Shown here one piece after another: positions 9,099 to 18,563 of a stretch of DNA of 31,159 bases (positions are counted from its first letter, which is position 1; every line of letters starts with the position of its first letter). The position numbers and the translations under genes were made by a program. A model generated the notes under the pieces. It was not told the origin of the DNA. It searched no databases and worked only from the letters and a program-made list of their open reading frames with translations. Source of the stretch: Myxococcota bacterium (GTDB taxonomy: Bacteria > Myxococcota > XYA12-FULL-58-9 > JABJBS01); the NCBI GenBank assembly GCA_036339465.1, contig JAYZAY010000075.1:1-31159 (forward strand), read 5' to 3'.

Positions 9099-9621
9099 GG
9101 ATACAAGCTAGCAACCGAACGTCAGGAGAGCAACCAGCAAATCAGTATTGAGTATCAACCTTTAGAAGGGGGGGGGAATTACGGGGGTGTTTCGTTGGGG
9201 CGGGTTAAGCTTTCGTTCCTCGCTGGCGCCAGTGAGCGCACCTGGTTTATCTCTTTTCTCTCAACCATGGTAGGCAATTAAACTTGTTTTTGAGCCGGAC
9301 TCCGAGTGGCTTGACACCTCGTTTGGAATCCATGTTTTAGGTTTTTTCGAAAAGGAATTGGGCGCACCGAGTTTCTACTTTGGCACGACTTTTCTCTTTT
9401 AAACAAAGACGTTCGTGCTTTTTTCTCCATCGGCAAGACGTATGTTCTTTTGTGTCTTCAGTATATCGCATTTTGCGTCCTTTTTCGTTGATGGTGGGTT
9501 CGAAATGGCTTTCTTAAACTGCGCTCCAGAGTTAACCGTTTTCAATGGGAATGCATCCACGGGTTTTGGCTTTTTTTTGGAAGGGGCCGCTCAAGAACCG
9601 TTTTTTTTATTGAATCGCAGA

Positions 9622-10905
9622 TTATTTGAGAAGCTCCCAACCTACGGTTAGCCCCAATAGGGCCAGGATGCGATTGATTTCCTCGGAGTTGTTGTGGTTG
9701 GTTAGGCGACTCCAAGAAAAGTTTGCGTCAACACTGAGCCACGGTAGGGCATACCATGAAAAACCGCCTCCTCCGAAAAAGAAGGTTTCTAAGAGCGGGG
9801 TCAAACTATATTCATACACTCTGATACCGAAACGCATGCTTGCCGTTAACCGTAGAGTGTTGAGGGGGTAATGGTTGATCGAGGTAACGAGGCTGGAATT
9901 AAAAAATTCTCCCCTACCTTCTTCGGTGAAGGATAGAAGTTCGTAATTGCCAAATGCCAGTTCATTGGAGAGCTCTGTCTGGATGTCGATTTGGTCGCCC
10001 AACCTACGGTAGCCGAGGTTCAGTAAAACTGTGTGCGCATTACCATTGCTGGTGTCATAATGGGGACTGATGACCGTTGTCGCGAGGCCCATAAACAATT
10101 CATGTGGGATCTTAAAAAGCCAAGTGAGATCGCATCCCAAATTGGCACTAACATTGCTTCGGCTGCTGAAGGAATCTGTGAAGCTTTCATAGATTCCAGC
10201 GTGGCCGGAAAATTTAAGCCAAGGTGTTTCATGTTGGGTCATCAGAAATCCCCCTATTGATGAAGGGAGATAGGAATCCGCATCGGGGGACACACTGGTT
10301 AAGGCCCTTTGGTTTTCGATTTCTAGCTCAAAATAGATTGGCATAGAGCGAGCCCTATGCTGGAACGACAGATTGAGCGCCAATTGAGAGAACAATGCTT
10401 CGACTGGGTCACTATTGGTATCTCCTGAGAGCTGGAGCGATAAATCATTGTCATAACCTGTTCCTATTTCGAGAGCAGTTCTAACCTGCCAATTGTGGTT
10501 CCAGGGTGCTCCGTTTTGATGTTGTTCTAATTTCGTTTCTAGAGCTATGGCCAACTCATCGTTGGGATGGCGGTCTAGGAGAATGGCCAACTGTTTTTTT
10601 GCTTCAAAGATTAACCCTTTGCTCCAAAGCGCAGTTGCTAAATCCAGTCGAGCTACGTCGTCAAAGGGGTCGAGGTTCAAAAGGTCGTTTAGTAAGACAA
10701 TTGCCTCAGCATATCGAAACTCCTCGAGGTAGAGCAGTGCCAAGTGATAATTGAGATCGGGGTCGCTTGGATCGTTTTGATATAGCTCTTCGAGTTCCTT
10801 AATGGCGGTCTGGACGTAACCGAGGTCTAGGGCATCATCCGCTAGAGAGATCTGATCGGCGCTGCCTAGGCAGAGCAACATTCCAAGAAAAGCGAATTCA
10901 AACAT
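9622..10905 (-). CDS. Exported protein with N-terminal TPRs and probable C-terminal outer-membrane beta-barrel
   Basis: Hydrophobic N-terminus; TPR patterns ([38 protein letters not shown]); then alternating amphipathic strands starting at GTGYDNDL. Confidence 0.7.
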   Translation of the reverse strand: MFEFAFLGMLLCLGSADQISLADDALDLGYVQTAIKELEELYQNDPSDPDLNYHLALLYLEEFRYAEAIVLLNDLLNLDPFDDVARLDLATALWSKGLIFEAKKQLAILLDRHPNDELAIALETKLEQHQNGAPWNHNWQVRTALEIGTGYDNDLSLQLSGDTNSDPVEALFSQLALNLSFQHRARSMPIYFELEIENQRALTSVSPDADSYLPSSIGGFLMTQHETPWLKFSGHAGIYESFTDSFSSRSNVSANLGCDLTWLFKIPHELFMGLATTVISPHYDTSNGNAHTVLLNLGYRRLGDQIDIQTELSNELAFGNYELLSFTEEGRGEFFNSSLVTSINHYPLNTLRLTASMRFGIRVYEYSLTPLLETFFFGGGGFSWYALPWLSVDANFSWSRLTNHNNSEEINRILALLGLTVGWELLK

Positions 10906-10988
10906 AAGCAGGAGTATGCGTTTTTTAATTTCCTAAATCAAATTAAGGCTTTTTGGAATCGTTGTGGGGATGAATCTCGATGCGTCTG

Positions 10989-11065
10989 TGGCGCGCCCGG
11001 AAGGATTCGAACCTCCGACACCCGGGTTCGAAGCCCGGTGCTCTATCCAGCTGAGCTACGAGCGC
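10989..11065 (-). tRNA. tRNA-Arg (anticodon TCG), CCA encoded
   Basis: Reverse complement GCGCTCGTAGCTCAGCTGGATAGAGCACCGGGCTTCGAACCCGGGTGTCGGAGGTTCGAATCCTTCCGGGCGCGCCA; anticodon arm CCGGG-CT-TCG-AA-CCCGG. Confidence 0.96.
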
Positions 11066-11075
11066 AGACGCGAGA

Positions 11076-11104
11076 TTGATAAAGGGTTCATTTAATAATT
11101 GCAA
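11076..11104 (-). promoter_or_regulatory. Putative sigma70 promoter of tRNA-Arg
   Basis: Minus strand TTGCAA-N17-TATCAA(T); same -35 hexamer as upstream of tRNA-Glu. Confidence 0.45.
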
Positions 11105-11145
11105 GAGGAAACCAGATAACCCCGTTCTTTTCTTGACCAAAGACT

Positions 11146-12165
11146 GTGGCTGGGTCAGAAGTGCGTATGCAAGAAAGACTCGTCTTCGTTATCTGCCCGC
11201 CCCGTTCGGGTTCCACTATGATTCAACAAATGTTGGCCTCCCATTCTAAGGTTTGTACCCATCCCGAGCCCCATCTCATTACCCCTCTCCAATATCTGGG
11301 ATATTTCAAAGGGGTTGAACGTGCTCCCTACGATCAGGTGAATTCAGGACAAGCAATTCGCGAATTGGTGGAAGAACTTCCGCGCAAGGAAGCCGACTAT
11401 TTAGAGGCCTTGAGGGCCTATACGAATCATCTTTATGGTTGCCTGCTCGCCAAGGGTGGCGCGACTTATTTTGTCGACAAGACGCCCGCATATGCTTTGG
11501 TGTTACCCTTCCTTAAAAAGCTTTATCCCGATGCACACTATCTCGTACTTACACGGCATCCCTTGGCTATTTTTCACTCGGTTGCCCGCTCCTTTTTTGG
11601 GGGTGATTACGAGGCCGCTCTGGTAAAAAACCCCATTCAGCAAGGCTATATTGGCGCTATTGCAACGTTTTTGAGGGAGCCCCCCAAGAATTGTCGTCAC
11701 ATCACCTACGAGCGGCTTGTTCAGCGCCCGGAGGAAACCATGCGGGCCATCGCATCGTTCATCGGACTCGACTTTGAACCGGATATGGTAACTTACGGAA
11801 ATCAAAAGCACCTTAAAAAGAGCTTTGGTGATCCCATGACGGTCCACAAACATCGGGAACCCAAAACGGATTCAGTCGTGCGCTTTGCCCCCGCCCTCAA
11901 GGGCGATACGAAACTATTAGACGACCTCAGAGCACTCCTAGCAGCAGTTGCGCCTGAGGATTTGGCTGAGTGGGGTTATACGCACGATAGTCTGTTTGGT
12001 GAAATCAGTTCTTCCCAAGCCAAACCCGCCCGGGCTCCCCTAGTAAATAGTTATGTCTTGCGAAAAACTGTATTGTCGCAGCTGCGAAAATCCACCAAGC
12101 ACCCTAGGGTGGCCAGACTTTTTGAGAAAGTTAAGTACGCCTGCGAATTGGCATTAAATCACTAG
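11146..12165 (+). CDS. PAPS-dependent sulfotransferase (start may be the downstream ATG of MQERLVFV)
   Basis: 5'-PSB loop CPPRSGST, FVDKTP, 3'-PB motif LTRHPLAIFHS, YERLVQRPE. Confidence 0.88.
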   Translation: MAGSEVRMQERLVFVICPPRSGSTMIQQMLASHSKVCTHPEPHLITPLQYLGYFKGVERAPYDQVNSGQAIRELVEELPRKEADYLEALRAYTNHLYGCLLAKGGATYFVDKTPAYALVLPFLKKLYPDAHYLVLTRHPLAIFHSVARSFFGGDYEAALVKNPIQQGYIGAIATFLREPPKNCRHITYERLVQRPEETMRAIASFIGLDFEPDMVTYGNQKHLKKSFGDPMTVHKHREPKTDSVVRFAPALKGDTKLLDDLRALLAAVAPEDLAEWGYTHDSLFGEISSSQAKPARAPLVNSYVLRKTVLSQLRKSTKHPRVARLFEKVKYACELALNH

Positions 12166-12170
12166 AATGT

Positions 12171-12650
12171 TCAGGGGCAATCGAGATTGCCAGTGATGCT
12201 AATGGAATCACTGGGGAGGTCCAAGTTGCTGATAGCGTCTTGGGCAGAGGCGCACGCCAGCCGGTCGTTGTAGGATATACCCACGGTTGTTCCCACCGTG
12301 TCGAGGCTATTTAAATTCAGTTCCGTCAGATTGTCGTTGTTCTTTATTTGTAACGACATGCCCACTTCTTCTAGGTTGGGCAGGTCAAGGCTTGTGAGCA
12401 TCCGGTTATTTTCCACAAAAAGAAGTCCCGTCACTTTGGTGAGATTGGGCCAAGAAGCCTGGTGGATGCCGGTATTGGCAATGGTTAGATTACCGTCGAC
12501 CTGGTTATAGCGGCCATAAAACGCGACGTCGCGGTCGCTTTTTATATTAATTGGGCCGCTGTAGATATTTCCATCACCACAGCCCACAGCTGTGCCCATC
12601 ACCAATAAAAAAAGCCCAGCGCCTTGCCGATAAAACTTAGGCAATATCAT
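12171..12650 (-). CDS. Lipoprotein with receptor-L-domain-like leucine-rich repeats
   Basis: Lipobox AVG-C; repeats of the type LPNLEEVGMSLQIKNNDNLTEL and LNSLDTVGTTVGISYND. Confidence 0.7.
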   Translation of the reverse strand: MILPKFYRQGAGLFLLVMGTAVGCGDGNIYSGPINIKSDRDVAFYGRYNQVDGNLTIANTGIHQASWPNLTKVTGLLFVENNRMLTSLDLPNLEEVGMSLQIKNNDNLTELNLNSLDTVGTTVGISYNDRLACASAQDAISNLDLPSDSISITGNLDCP

Positions 12651-12725
12651 GAATTAACCTCGTTATTGGTTCGACGAAAATGATAAAGCAGGGCGAATGC
12701 GAAAGTGCAAGCCTTAAAACGACCC

Positions 12726-13571
12726 CTAGGAAGCCGAGACCAGAACTTCACCGATAGGCCCACGTCGGTCTGCGCGGCTGTTAATGGCCCGTCGCGCGTA
12801 TATTTTATCGATCTTAAAATCCTTATAAAGTTCCCGAATGAGTGGTGTGTCGGAATTTGAGAGCACGACATGAACTCCCCTATTGGCCAACCGACCAAAT
12901 AGTTTCGCTAGGCGTGCTTGATGCTCTTCTCCAAATCCGAACTGGGTATAATTCGTAAAGGATGCGGTCTTACTTACCGGTTGATATGGAGGGTCAAAAT
13001 AGACAAGGTCACCCTGTTTTACACGTTTTCCAATCTCAAAAACGGACTCGTTTTTAAGTTGAACTTTTTGCAAGGCACTGGAAACAGCCCGAAGATTCGC
13101 TTCATTACAAATAGTAGGATTGGCGTATTTCCCAAATGGGACATTGAACCTACCGCTTCGGTTGACACGATAGAGGCCATTAAAGCATGTCCTATTGAGA
13201 AAAATAATCCGAGCAGCTGCTTCAACCGAAGATAAATTTGCGACATTAAGCTGTCTTACTTGGTAATAGTATTCCTCTTCGGATCTGTGTGCTTTGAGCG
13301 CCTGAATCACAGCATCAACATTGTCGCGAATTGAGGTATAGGTCCCAATTAAATCGCTGTTAACATCAGAGATTGTTGCACGCTTTGGAGCAAGGCGAAA
13401 GAACGCCGCACCACCACCGACAAATGGCTCATGGTAGCGATTAAATTGTTCTGGAAAGCGAGCAAAGATTTCATTCAAAATCTGCGTTTTTCCACCAGCC
13501 CATTTTAAGAATGGTTTCGCGCTTTGGAATCTTGTTTCACTTCTGAGAGTTAATTTTCGAGCGGTTTGCAT
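12726..13571 (-). CDS. dam: Dam-family (D12 class) N6-adenine DNA methyltransferase
   Basis: KPFLKWAGGK, EPFVGGGA, LNRTCFNGLYRVN..FNVPFG, catalytic DPPY, VLSNSDT. Confidence 0.93.
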   Translation of the reverse strand: MQTARKLTLRSETRFQSAKPFLKWAGGKTQILNEIFARFPEQFNRYHEPFVGGGAAFFRLAPKRATISDVNSDLIGTYTSIRDNVDAVIQALKAHRSEEEYYYQVRQLNVANLSSVEAAARIIFLNRTCFNGLYRVNRSGRFNVPFGKYANPTICNEANLRAVSSALQKVQLKNESVFEIGKRVKQGDLVYFDPPYQPVSKTASFTNYTQFGFGEEHQARLAKLFGRLANRGVHVVLSNSDTPLIRELYKDFKIDKIYARRAINSRADRRGPIGEVLVSAS

Positions 13572-14082
13572 GGTATCTTTATAGGAATAATTGTTCCTCT
13601 AATAAAAAAACGTGCGGGTTATGAATACTGGAAGGCAGGAAGATAAGTGCCTGATATTGATCAGGTTTTCATAATCGAACGTTTTTTGTCTCGAAAAAAA
13701 GTAGGTTTTCACGAAATGAAAGGTACTTTTGCTCTCTGTTCCTTGGATTATCGGTCAAAAAGTGTCTTTTGCGTTCATTCAAACGGTACATCCTATTTCT
13801 GGGGTACGCTGGTTTGGGATATTTTTGATAGACTCGACTGTGCGGTAAGCATTTTGTGCTTCTTGCTTAGGAAGTTACTGAAGTGGTTATTGAAGGGGGG
13901 CGATTCTCAAAGTGGCAGCCCAACCTAACACGAAAGCCCGCCGACGATCTCATCAGAAAACACGAGGCGGTAATGTGGGCCAGAAGCCCACCGACCGCAT
14001 CATAAATGAGAAGGGAAATGAGTATAATCGAAAAGCATCAAAGGTGCTGAAGCAGATCCCTGCCATAGGGTTTGCTGCTTCC

Positions 14083-15714
14083 CTATTTGGCACCCATGAA
14101 TGGGTAGTCTACGACGCGCGGAGCGTCGAAGGTTTCCTTGATGGTTCTGGGGCTGACCCAACGGATAAGGTTCCAGATACTTCCGGCCTTATCGTTGGTG
14201 CCCGATGCGCGACCACCTCCGAAGGGTTGTTGTCCGACTACTGCTGCGGTGGGTTTGTCGTTGATGCAGAAGTTGCCGGCTGCATAGCGGAGGCTGCTGG
14301 TCGCTTCTAAGACGGCGTGCTTGTCTTGAGCAAAGATTGCTCCAGTCAGCGCGTAGGGGCTACCTTCATCACAAATGGTCAGGACCTCGCTGAATTTGTT
14401 GTCGGGATATTGATAAACCGTGAGAACAGGACCAAAGATTTCTTCTTGCAAAAGCTTAAATTTGGGATTGGTGGTTAAAACCACCGTTGGCTGTATGAAG
14501 TAGCCCACGGAATCGTCACATTCTCCGCCGATAATAATCTCAGCATCGCTGCTTTCTTTGGCGTAGTCGATGTAGGACTTAATCTTGTCAAAGGACTTCC
14601 GGCTGATAACTGCGCCCATAAAATTGGTGAAGTCTTCGACATCTCCAACTTTAAGTGCAGCAATTTCTTTGGCCATTTCGTCACGAAGCGCCGGCCACAT
14701 GGATTCAGGCACATAGAGCCGAGAAGCGGCTGAGCATTTCTGTCCTTGGTATTCAAAGGCGCCTCGTATTGCCGCCACCGTCAACGACCGCAAATCAGCC
14801 GATGGATGGGCGACGATGAAGTCTTTCCCTCCGGTTTCGCCAACCAAGCGAGGATAGCAGTGATACTTACTGATGTTTTGTCCCACGGTATTCCACATGT
14901 TTTGAAAGGTGGGTGTGGAACCAGTAAAGTGAACTCCCCCGAGTCGCGGGTCATTCACCACCAGATCTCCGACCACCCTTCCTGGTCCATGTACCATATT
15001 AATAACCCCAGGAGGTAATCCGGCTTCGATTAGAATGTCCATAATAATTTGAGCCGACAAAGCCTGGGACTCTGCAGGTTTCCAGACGACGGTATTGCCC
15101 AAAAGAGCTGGAGTTGATGCAAGGTTACCTGCGATTGCAGAGAAATTAAATGGGCTCACAGCCAAAATGAAGCCATCGAGGGGACGGTAATCGAGCTGAT
15201 TCCATACGCCGGGAGAAGAATAGGGCTGATTGGCCAATAGTTCTTGGCCAAATTGCACATTGAACCGCCAAAAATCTGCAAGTTCGCAAATTGTATCGAT
15301 CTCGGATTGGTGCGCGGTTTTGCTTTGTCCCAGCATCGTCGCCGCATTTGCTCGGTCCCTAAAGCGACCTGTTAGTAGATCGGCGGCCTTAAGAAAGACG
15401 ACGGCTCTCTCTTCATAGGGAATATTTGCCCAATGTTTTTTTGCTCTGAGTGCCGATTCGATGGCCCCTTGAATTTGGTCCTCATTTGCCCGGTGGAGGG
15501 TCGCTAAATTCTGCTTGTGATTATGGGGAGCCGAATAGCCGACGGTCTCAGAGGAGGACAGATGTTTTCCGTCCACCACGCTTTTCAGTTCTAGGCTCTC
15601 TTGTCGTAGCGAGGCGACTGCAGCCTTGAGGGTTTGCCGCTCGGAGGTTTCCGGGGCATAGGACCATACGGGCTCGTTTCTTGGGGCGGGAACAGTTCGA
15701 TTTGCACTAATCAT
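14083..15714 (-). CDS. pruA: Delta-1-pyrroline-5-carboxylate (L-glutamate gamma-semialdehyde) dehydrogenase
   Basis: NEPV..Y, TMLGQSK, SPFNF, HFTGST, GETGGKDF, FEYQGQKCSAASR, EEIFGP, QQPFGGGRASGTNDKAGS. Confidence 0.96.
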   Translation of the reverse strand: MISANRTVPAPRNEPVWSYAPETSERQTLKAAVASLRQESLELKSVVDGKHLSSSETVGYSAPHNHKQNLATLHRANEDQIQGAIESALRAKKHWANIPYEERAVVFLKAADLLTGRFRDRANAATMLGQSKTAHQSEIDTICELADFWRFNVQFGQELLANQPYSSPGVWNQLDYRPLDGFILAVSPFNFSAIAGNLASTPALLGNTVVWKPAESQALSAQIIMDILIEAGLPPGVINMVHGPGRVVGDLVVNDPRLGGVHFTGSTPTFQNMWNTVGQNISKYHCYPRLVGETGGKDFIVAHPSADLRSLTVAAIRGAFEYQGQKCSAASRLYVPESMWPALRDEMAKEIAALKVGDVEDFTNFMGAVISRKSFDKIKSYIDYAKESSDAEIIIGGECDDSVGYFIQPTVVLTTNPKFKLLQEEIFGPVLTVYQYPDNKFSEVLTICDEGSPYALTGAIFAQDKHAVLEATSSLRYAAGNFCINDKPTAAVVGQQPFGGGRASGTNDKAGSIWNLIRWVSPRTIKETFDAPRVVDYPFMGAK

Positions 15715-15823
15715 ATTACACGACCTCCTGGTTGAAGATTCGATTAACGCAATCGGAAGAGAGAGTCGATAGGCAGTGCGTCAAACTTTACGAATCGCCC
15801 TGCAGCTCTGATAACAGCTTTGA

Positions 15824-16294
15824 TTAGAGCTTCGAACGATGAAGTCCATGTATTTCGAAATCGCGGCCTTCATCTTGGATTTTAATATAGATCCAGATGG
15901 CTTCATCGGAGATGATTTCCGGTACTCGGTCGGCCCATTCAAAGACGTTTATCGCATGTTCGGCGCTTGGATGGTCGGCCAAACCAAGCCCGTAGGCCGA
16001 CTCTGCGTCCGTGAGGCGGTAAAGGTCGTAATGGAGGAGCAGGTTTTCCTCACAGCGGTATTCATTGACATAAGCATAGGTAGGACTCGTGACCTGTTCG
16101 GTTGGGAGAATTCGGAGCCCAGCCGCAATCCCATGAACCAATTGCGTCTTTCCGGCTCCAAGGTCGCCGACGAGCGCAATGACATCGCCTGGCTTCATTA
16201 TTTGTCCAAGCCTTTTACCAAAGTGGAGTGTGTCTTCAAGGCTCTCCACCCTTTCGACCCATACCTCTGGATTCTCTGTTGTCATCGTTGCCAC
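15824..16294 (-). CDS. tsaE: tRNA threonylcarbamoyladenosine biosynthesis ATPase
   Basis: GDLGAGKT, VTSPTY, HYDLYRL, EWAD. Confidence 0.95.
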   Translation of the reverse strand: MATMTTENPEVWVERVESLEDTLHFGKRLGQIMKPGDVIALVGDLGAGKTQLVHGIAAGLRILPTEQVTSPTYAYVNEYRCEENLLLHYDLYRLTDAESAYGLGLADHPSAEHAINVFEWADRVPEIISDEAIWIYIKIQDEGRDFEIHGLHRSKL

Positions 16295-17811
16295 TCCAAG
16301 AAAACGTCACCGGCAGCTTCAAGCACATCGCGGGCCCGCATGCCAGCAAATCCATGGGTCTGGCTAGCTCTTTGAGCAGCTTCACCATGTAAAAGAATGC
16401 CGGATAGGATCCCATCCATGGTTTGCGGGCATTGGCCAATCAGGGCGGCAATCATCCCCGTCAACACGTCGCCACTTCCCGCTTTGGCAAGGCCCGGATT
16501 TCCAACCGTGGCGATGAAGGTATCTCCCTGGGGCTGGGCCACAATGGTGTGGGCCCCTTTAAGCACGACGTAGATTTTGTGGTCTCGCGCGATTTTTTCA
16601 GCTGCTTCTACCGGTGCGCCAAGGACCTCAGAGGTGGTTGCGCCGAGCAAACGGCTCATCTCCTTGGGGTGAGGCGTGATGATGCGGTGCCCCCGTGCGC
16701 TGCCCATTTCTAAATTGTCGGAAGCAATGATATTGAGTGCTTCGGCGTCTAGCACCATGGTTCCATCATATTCGGTTAAGAGCGTTTTGAACCGCCGTCT
16801 TGACCGATCCGAAAATTGAAGCCCCGGGCCCACCACCAAAGTCGTGGTGTCTCGAACCAAAATATCCTGCCATTCTTCATCATTTTTGGACTTATCTAGC
16901 CAACGAAGCATGGCTTCTTTTGGCCATGAGGGGCCACTGGCAAAAAGCGCCTCAGTGGCGGCCCAACTGACCAAACCAGCACCGGCACGTAGAGCCCCTT
17001 CCACAGCCAAGATAGCAGCGCCTGGGCTCGATTGGGAACCGGCCCACACACCCACATGCCCGAAATGTCCCTTATGACAGTTCCGTGGCCTGGCGGGTAG
17101 TCCGATCGGTCCTTCAGGGGCGCCTATCTGACGCAACTGAACCTTGTGTTTCTGGGGCAATTCGTCAGGGATCCCTATGTCGATGACATCGATCTCGCCG
17201 GATAGCTCAGCTCCAGGAAAAAGGAGATTTCCTCTTTTGGGATAGGCGAATGTAATGGTTCCATTGGCCCGAATCGCAATATTGTCAAATACATTGCCCG
17301 AAGTGCCACAAACCCCCGAAGGGATGTCGAGTGCGATGGTTTGGCAAGGGGATGCATTGGTGGCCAAAATCACTTCTTTATAGGGAGACCGGGGGCTTGC
17401 TTGAAGGCCTGTACCGAGCATGGCATCGATGATGATGGTATTGGCAGGTAAGCGTTGAATCAGGTCTGCGACATCCTGGGCGCCGAGCACGTTGGTTTGC
17501 AGGCCGAGGCTGCGCCATTGTTCGTAAGCCCGCTTTACATCACCGGTCAGGGCTTCAAGAGGACAAAGGCTCACCAACGTGAGGTTGCGCCCTCCGAGGT
17601 GAAGGTCGTGGCCTACAACATATCCGTCTCCACCATTGTTGCCTTTTCCGCACAGGATTAAGATGTGTTTATGGGCAGGATAACGGTTTTGAATGATTTG
17701 AGCAGCACCTTTACCTGCTCGCCGCATCAAGGAGAAACCCGTGATACCATAATCGACAATGGTGGTGCGGTCCAGTTCCCTCATTTGCTCGGAAGTTAAA
17801 ACGTAGGTCAT
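16282..17811 (-). CDS. nnr: Bifunctional NAD(P)H-hydrate epimerase/dehydratase (YjeF)
   Basis: GKGNNGGDG, DAMLGTG, DIPSG, HKGHFG, GAGLV, GPGL, TPHPKE, GSGDVLTG. Confidence 0.95.
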   Translation of the reverse strand: MTYVLTSEQMRELDRTTIVDYGITGFSLMRRAGKGAAQIIQNRYPAHKHILILCGKGNNGGDGYVVGHDLHLGGRNLTLVSLCPLEALTGDVKRAYEQWRSLGLQTNVLGAQDVADLIQRLPANTIIIDAMLGTGLQASPRSPYKEVILATNASPCQTIALDIPSGVCGTSGNVFDNIAIRANGTITFAYPKRGNLLFPGAELSGEIDVIDIGIPDELPQKHKVQLRQIGAPEGPIGLPARPRNCHKGHFGHVGVWAGSQSSPGAAILAVEGALRAGAGLVSWAATEALFASGPSWPKEAMLRWLDKSKNDEEWQDILVRDTTTLVVGPGLQFSDRSRRRFKTLLTEYDGTMVLDAEALNIIASDNLEMGSARGHRIITPHPKEMSRLLGATTSEVLGAPVEAAEKIARDHKIYVVLKGAHTIVAQPQGDTFIATVGNPGLAKAGSGDVLTGMIAALIGQCPQTMDGILSGILLHGEAAQRASQTHGFAGMRARDVLEAAGDVFLEWQR

Positions 17812-17834
17812 ACCAGCAATGCCTTGGGAATCGT

Positions 17835-18551
17835 TTAGATACTGAGAGCGGCGAACTCATCCACTGCGCTCTCTAAACCAGTAAAGAGCGCCCTTGCAAA
17901 GAGCGCCTCGCCTGCAACAATATCGAGCACGTCTTCGATGGCGCTTAGGTCGGCCGCATTGGCATAGGTGAGCCCTTTTGCGCAGCCGACGTTTAAACCA
18001 AACTTCCGGGCCAGTCTGGCGGCGTCCATGATGCGCTGGAGTTCCTCATGTCGTGTGCCTCGACTGGGGGCTTGAATAAGACCGAGAGCAGAGAATAGGA
18101 CATTTTGAAATTCTAGCCGGTGTATCTGACGAATGACATCGATATCTGGAGATGTAAATGCGCCCACCCCGATACCATTTTCCCGTAGGGGTGCAGAAAG
18201 CGTCTTCAGGTGTTCGATATTGGAAAAAACATCGAGGGTGGCATGTTTCTGACCCTCTGGGCGACGTTTCCCGAAATAGACCATTTCTGGTTTCATATTC
18301 ATGGCGAATTTTATGAGTTCGGGTTCCGGAGCGATGATAAGCTGCAGTTTGGCATCGGTTATTTCTTGGGTGATGCCCACGTCTCGTTCATGGTCCAGTA
18401 GTGTTTCCTGGAAGATTTCGAATTGAATCCCCTTGATATGACGCAACGTTGCTAAGCCAGCAATCAGTGCGGGATCGGGTCTTTTGATTTCACTGGTTGC
18501 GCGAAATCGCACAATAGGACTTAAGTCGATCACAAGACGTCGTTTTTGCAT
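17835..18551 (-). CDS. pdxJ: Divergent PdxJ-family TIM-barrel protein, probably catalytically degenerate
   Basis: PdxJ-like length, position after glmM and scaffold (PDPAL.A, ERDV, KPEMVYF, AARLARKFGL, GLTY.N, ARALFTGLESAV); catalytic motifs substituted. Confidence 0.7.
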   Translation of the reverse strand: MQKRRLVIDLSPIVRFRATSEIKRPDPALIAGLATLRHIKGIQFEIFQETLLDHERDVGITQEITDAKLQLIIAPEPELIKFAMNMKPEMVYFGKRRPEGQKHATLDVFSNIEHLKTLSAPLRENGIGVGAFTSPDIDVIRQIHRLEFQNVLFSALGLIQAPSRGTRHEELQRIMDAARLARKFGLNVGCAKGLTYANAADLSAIEDVLDIVAGEALFARALFTGLESAVDEFAALSI

Positions 18552-18563
18552 GGCATCATCTCT

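Noticed and set aside
9100..9651. Gene in the gap before the TPR protein, including 9415..9651(+)
   Set aside because: Minus-strand frames are broken by stops, the plus ORF is Phe-rich from T-tracts, and nothing is recognisable
10943..11140. 65-aa minus-strand ORF
   Set aside because: Overlaps tRNA-Arg; spurious
14049..14081. c-di-GMP-I (GEMM) riboswitch suggested by minus-strand GCAAACCCT..AGGGA
   Set aside because: Lacks the GNRA loop, the following CGCAAAGC and the second stem
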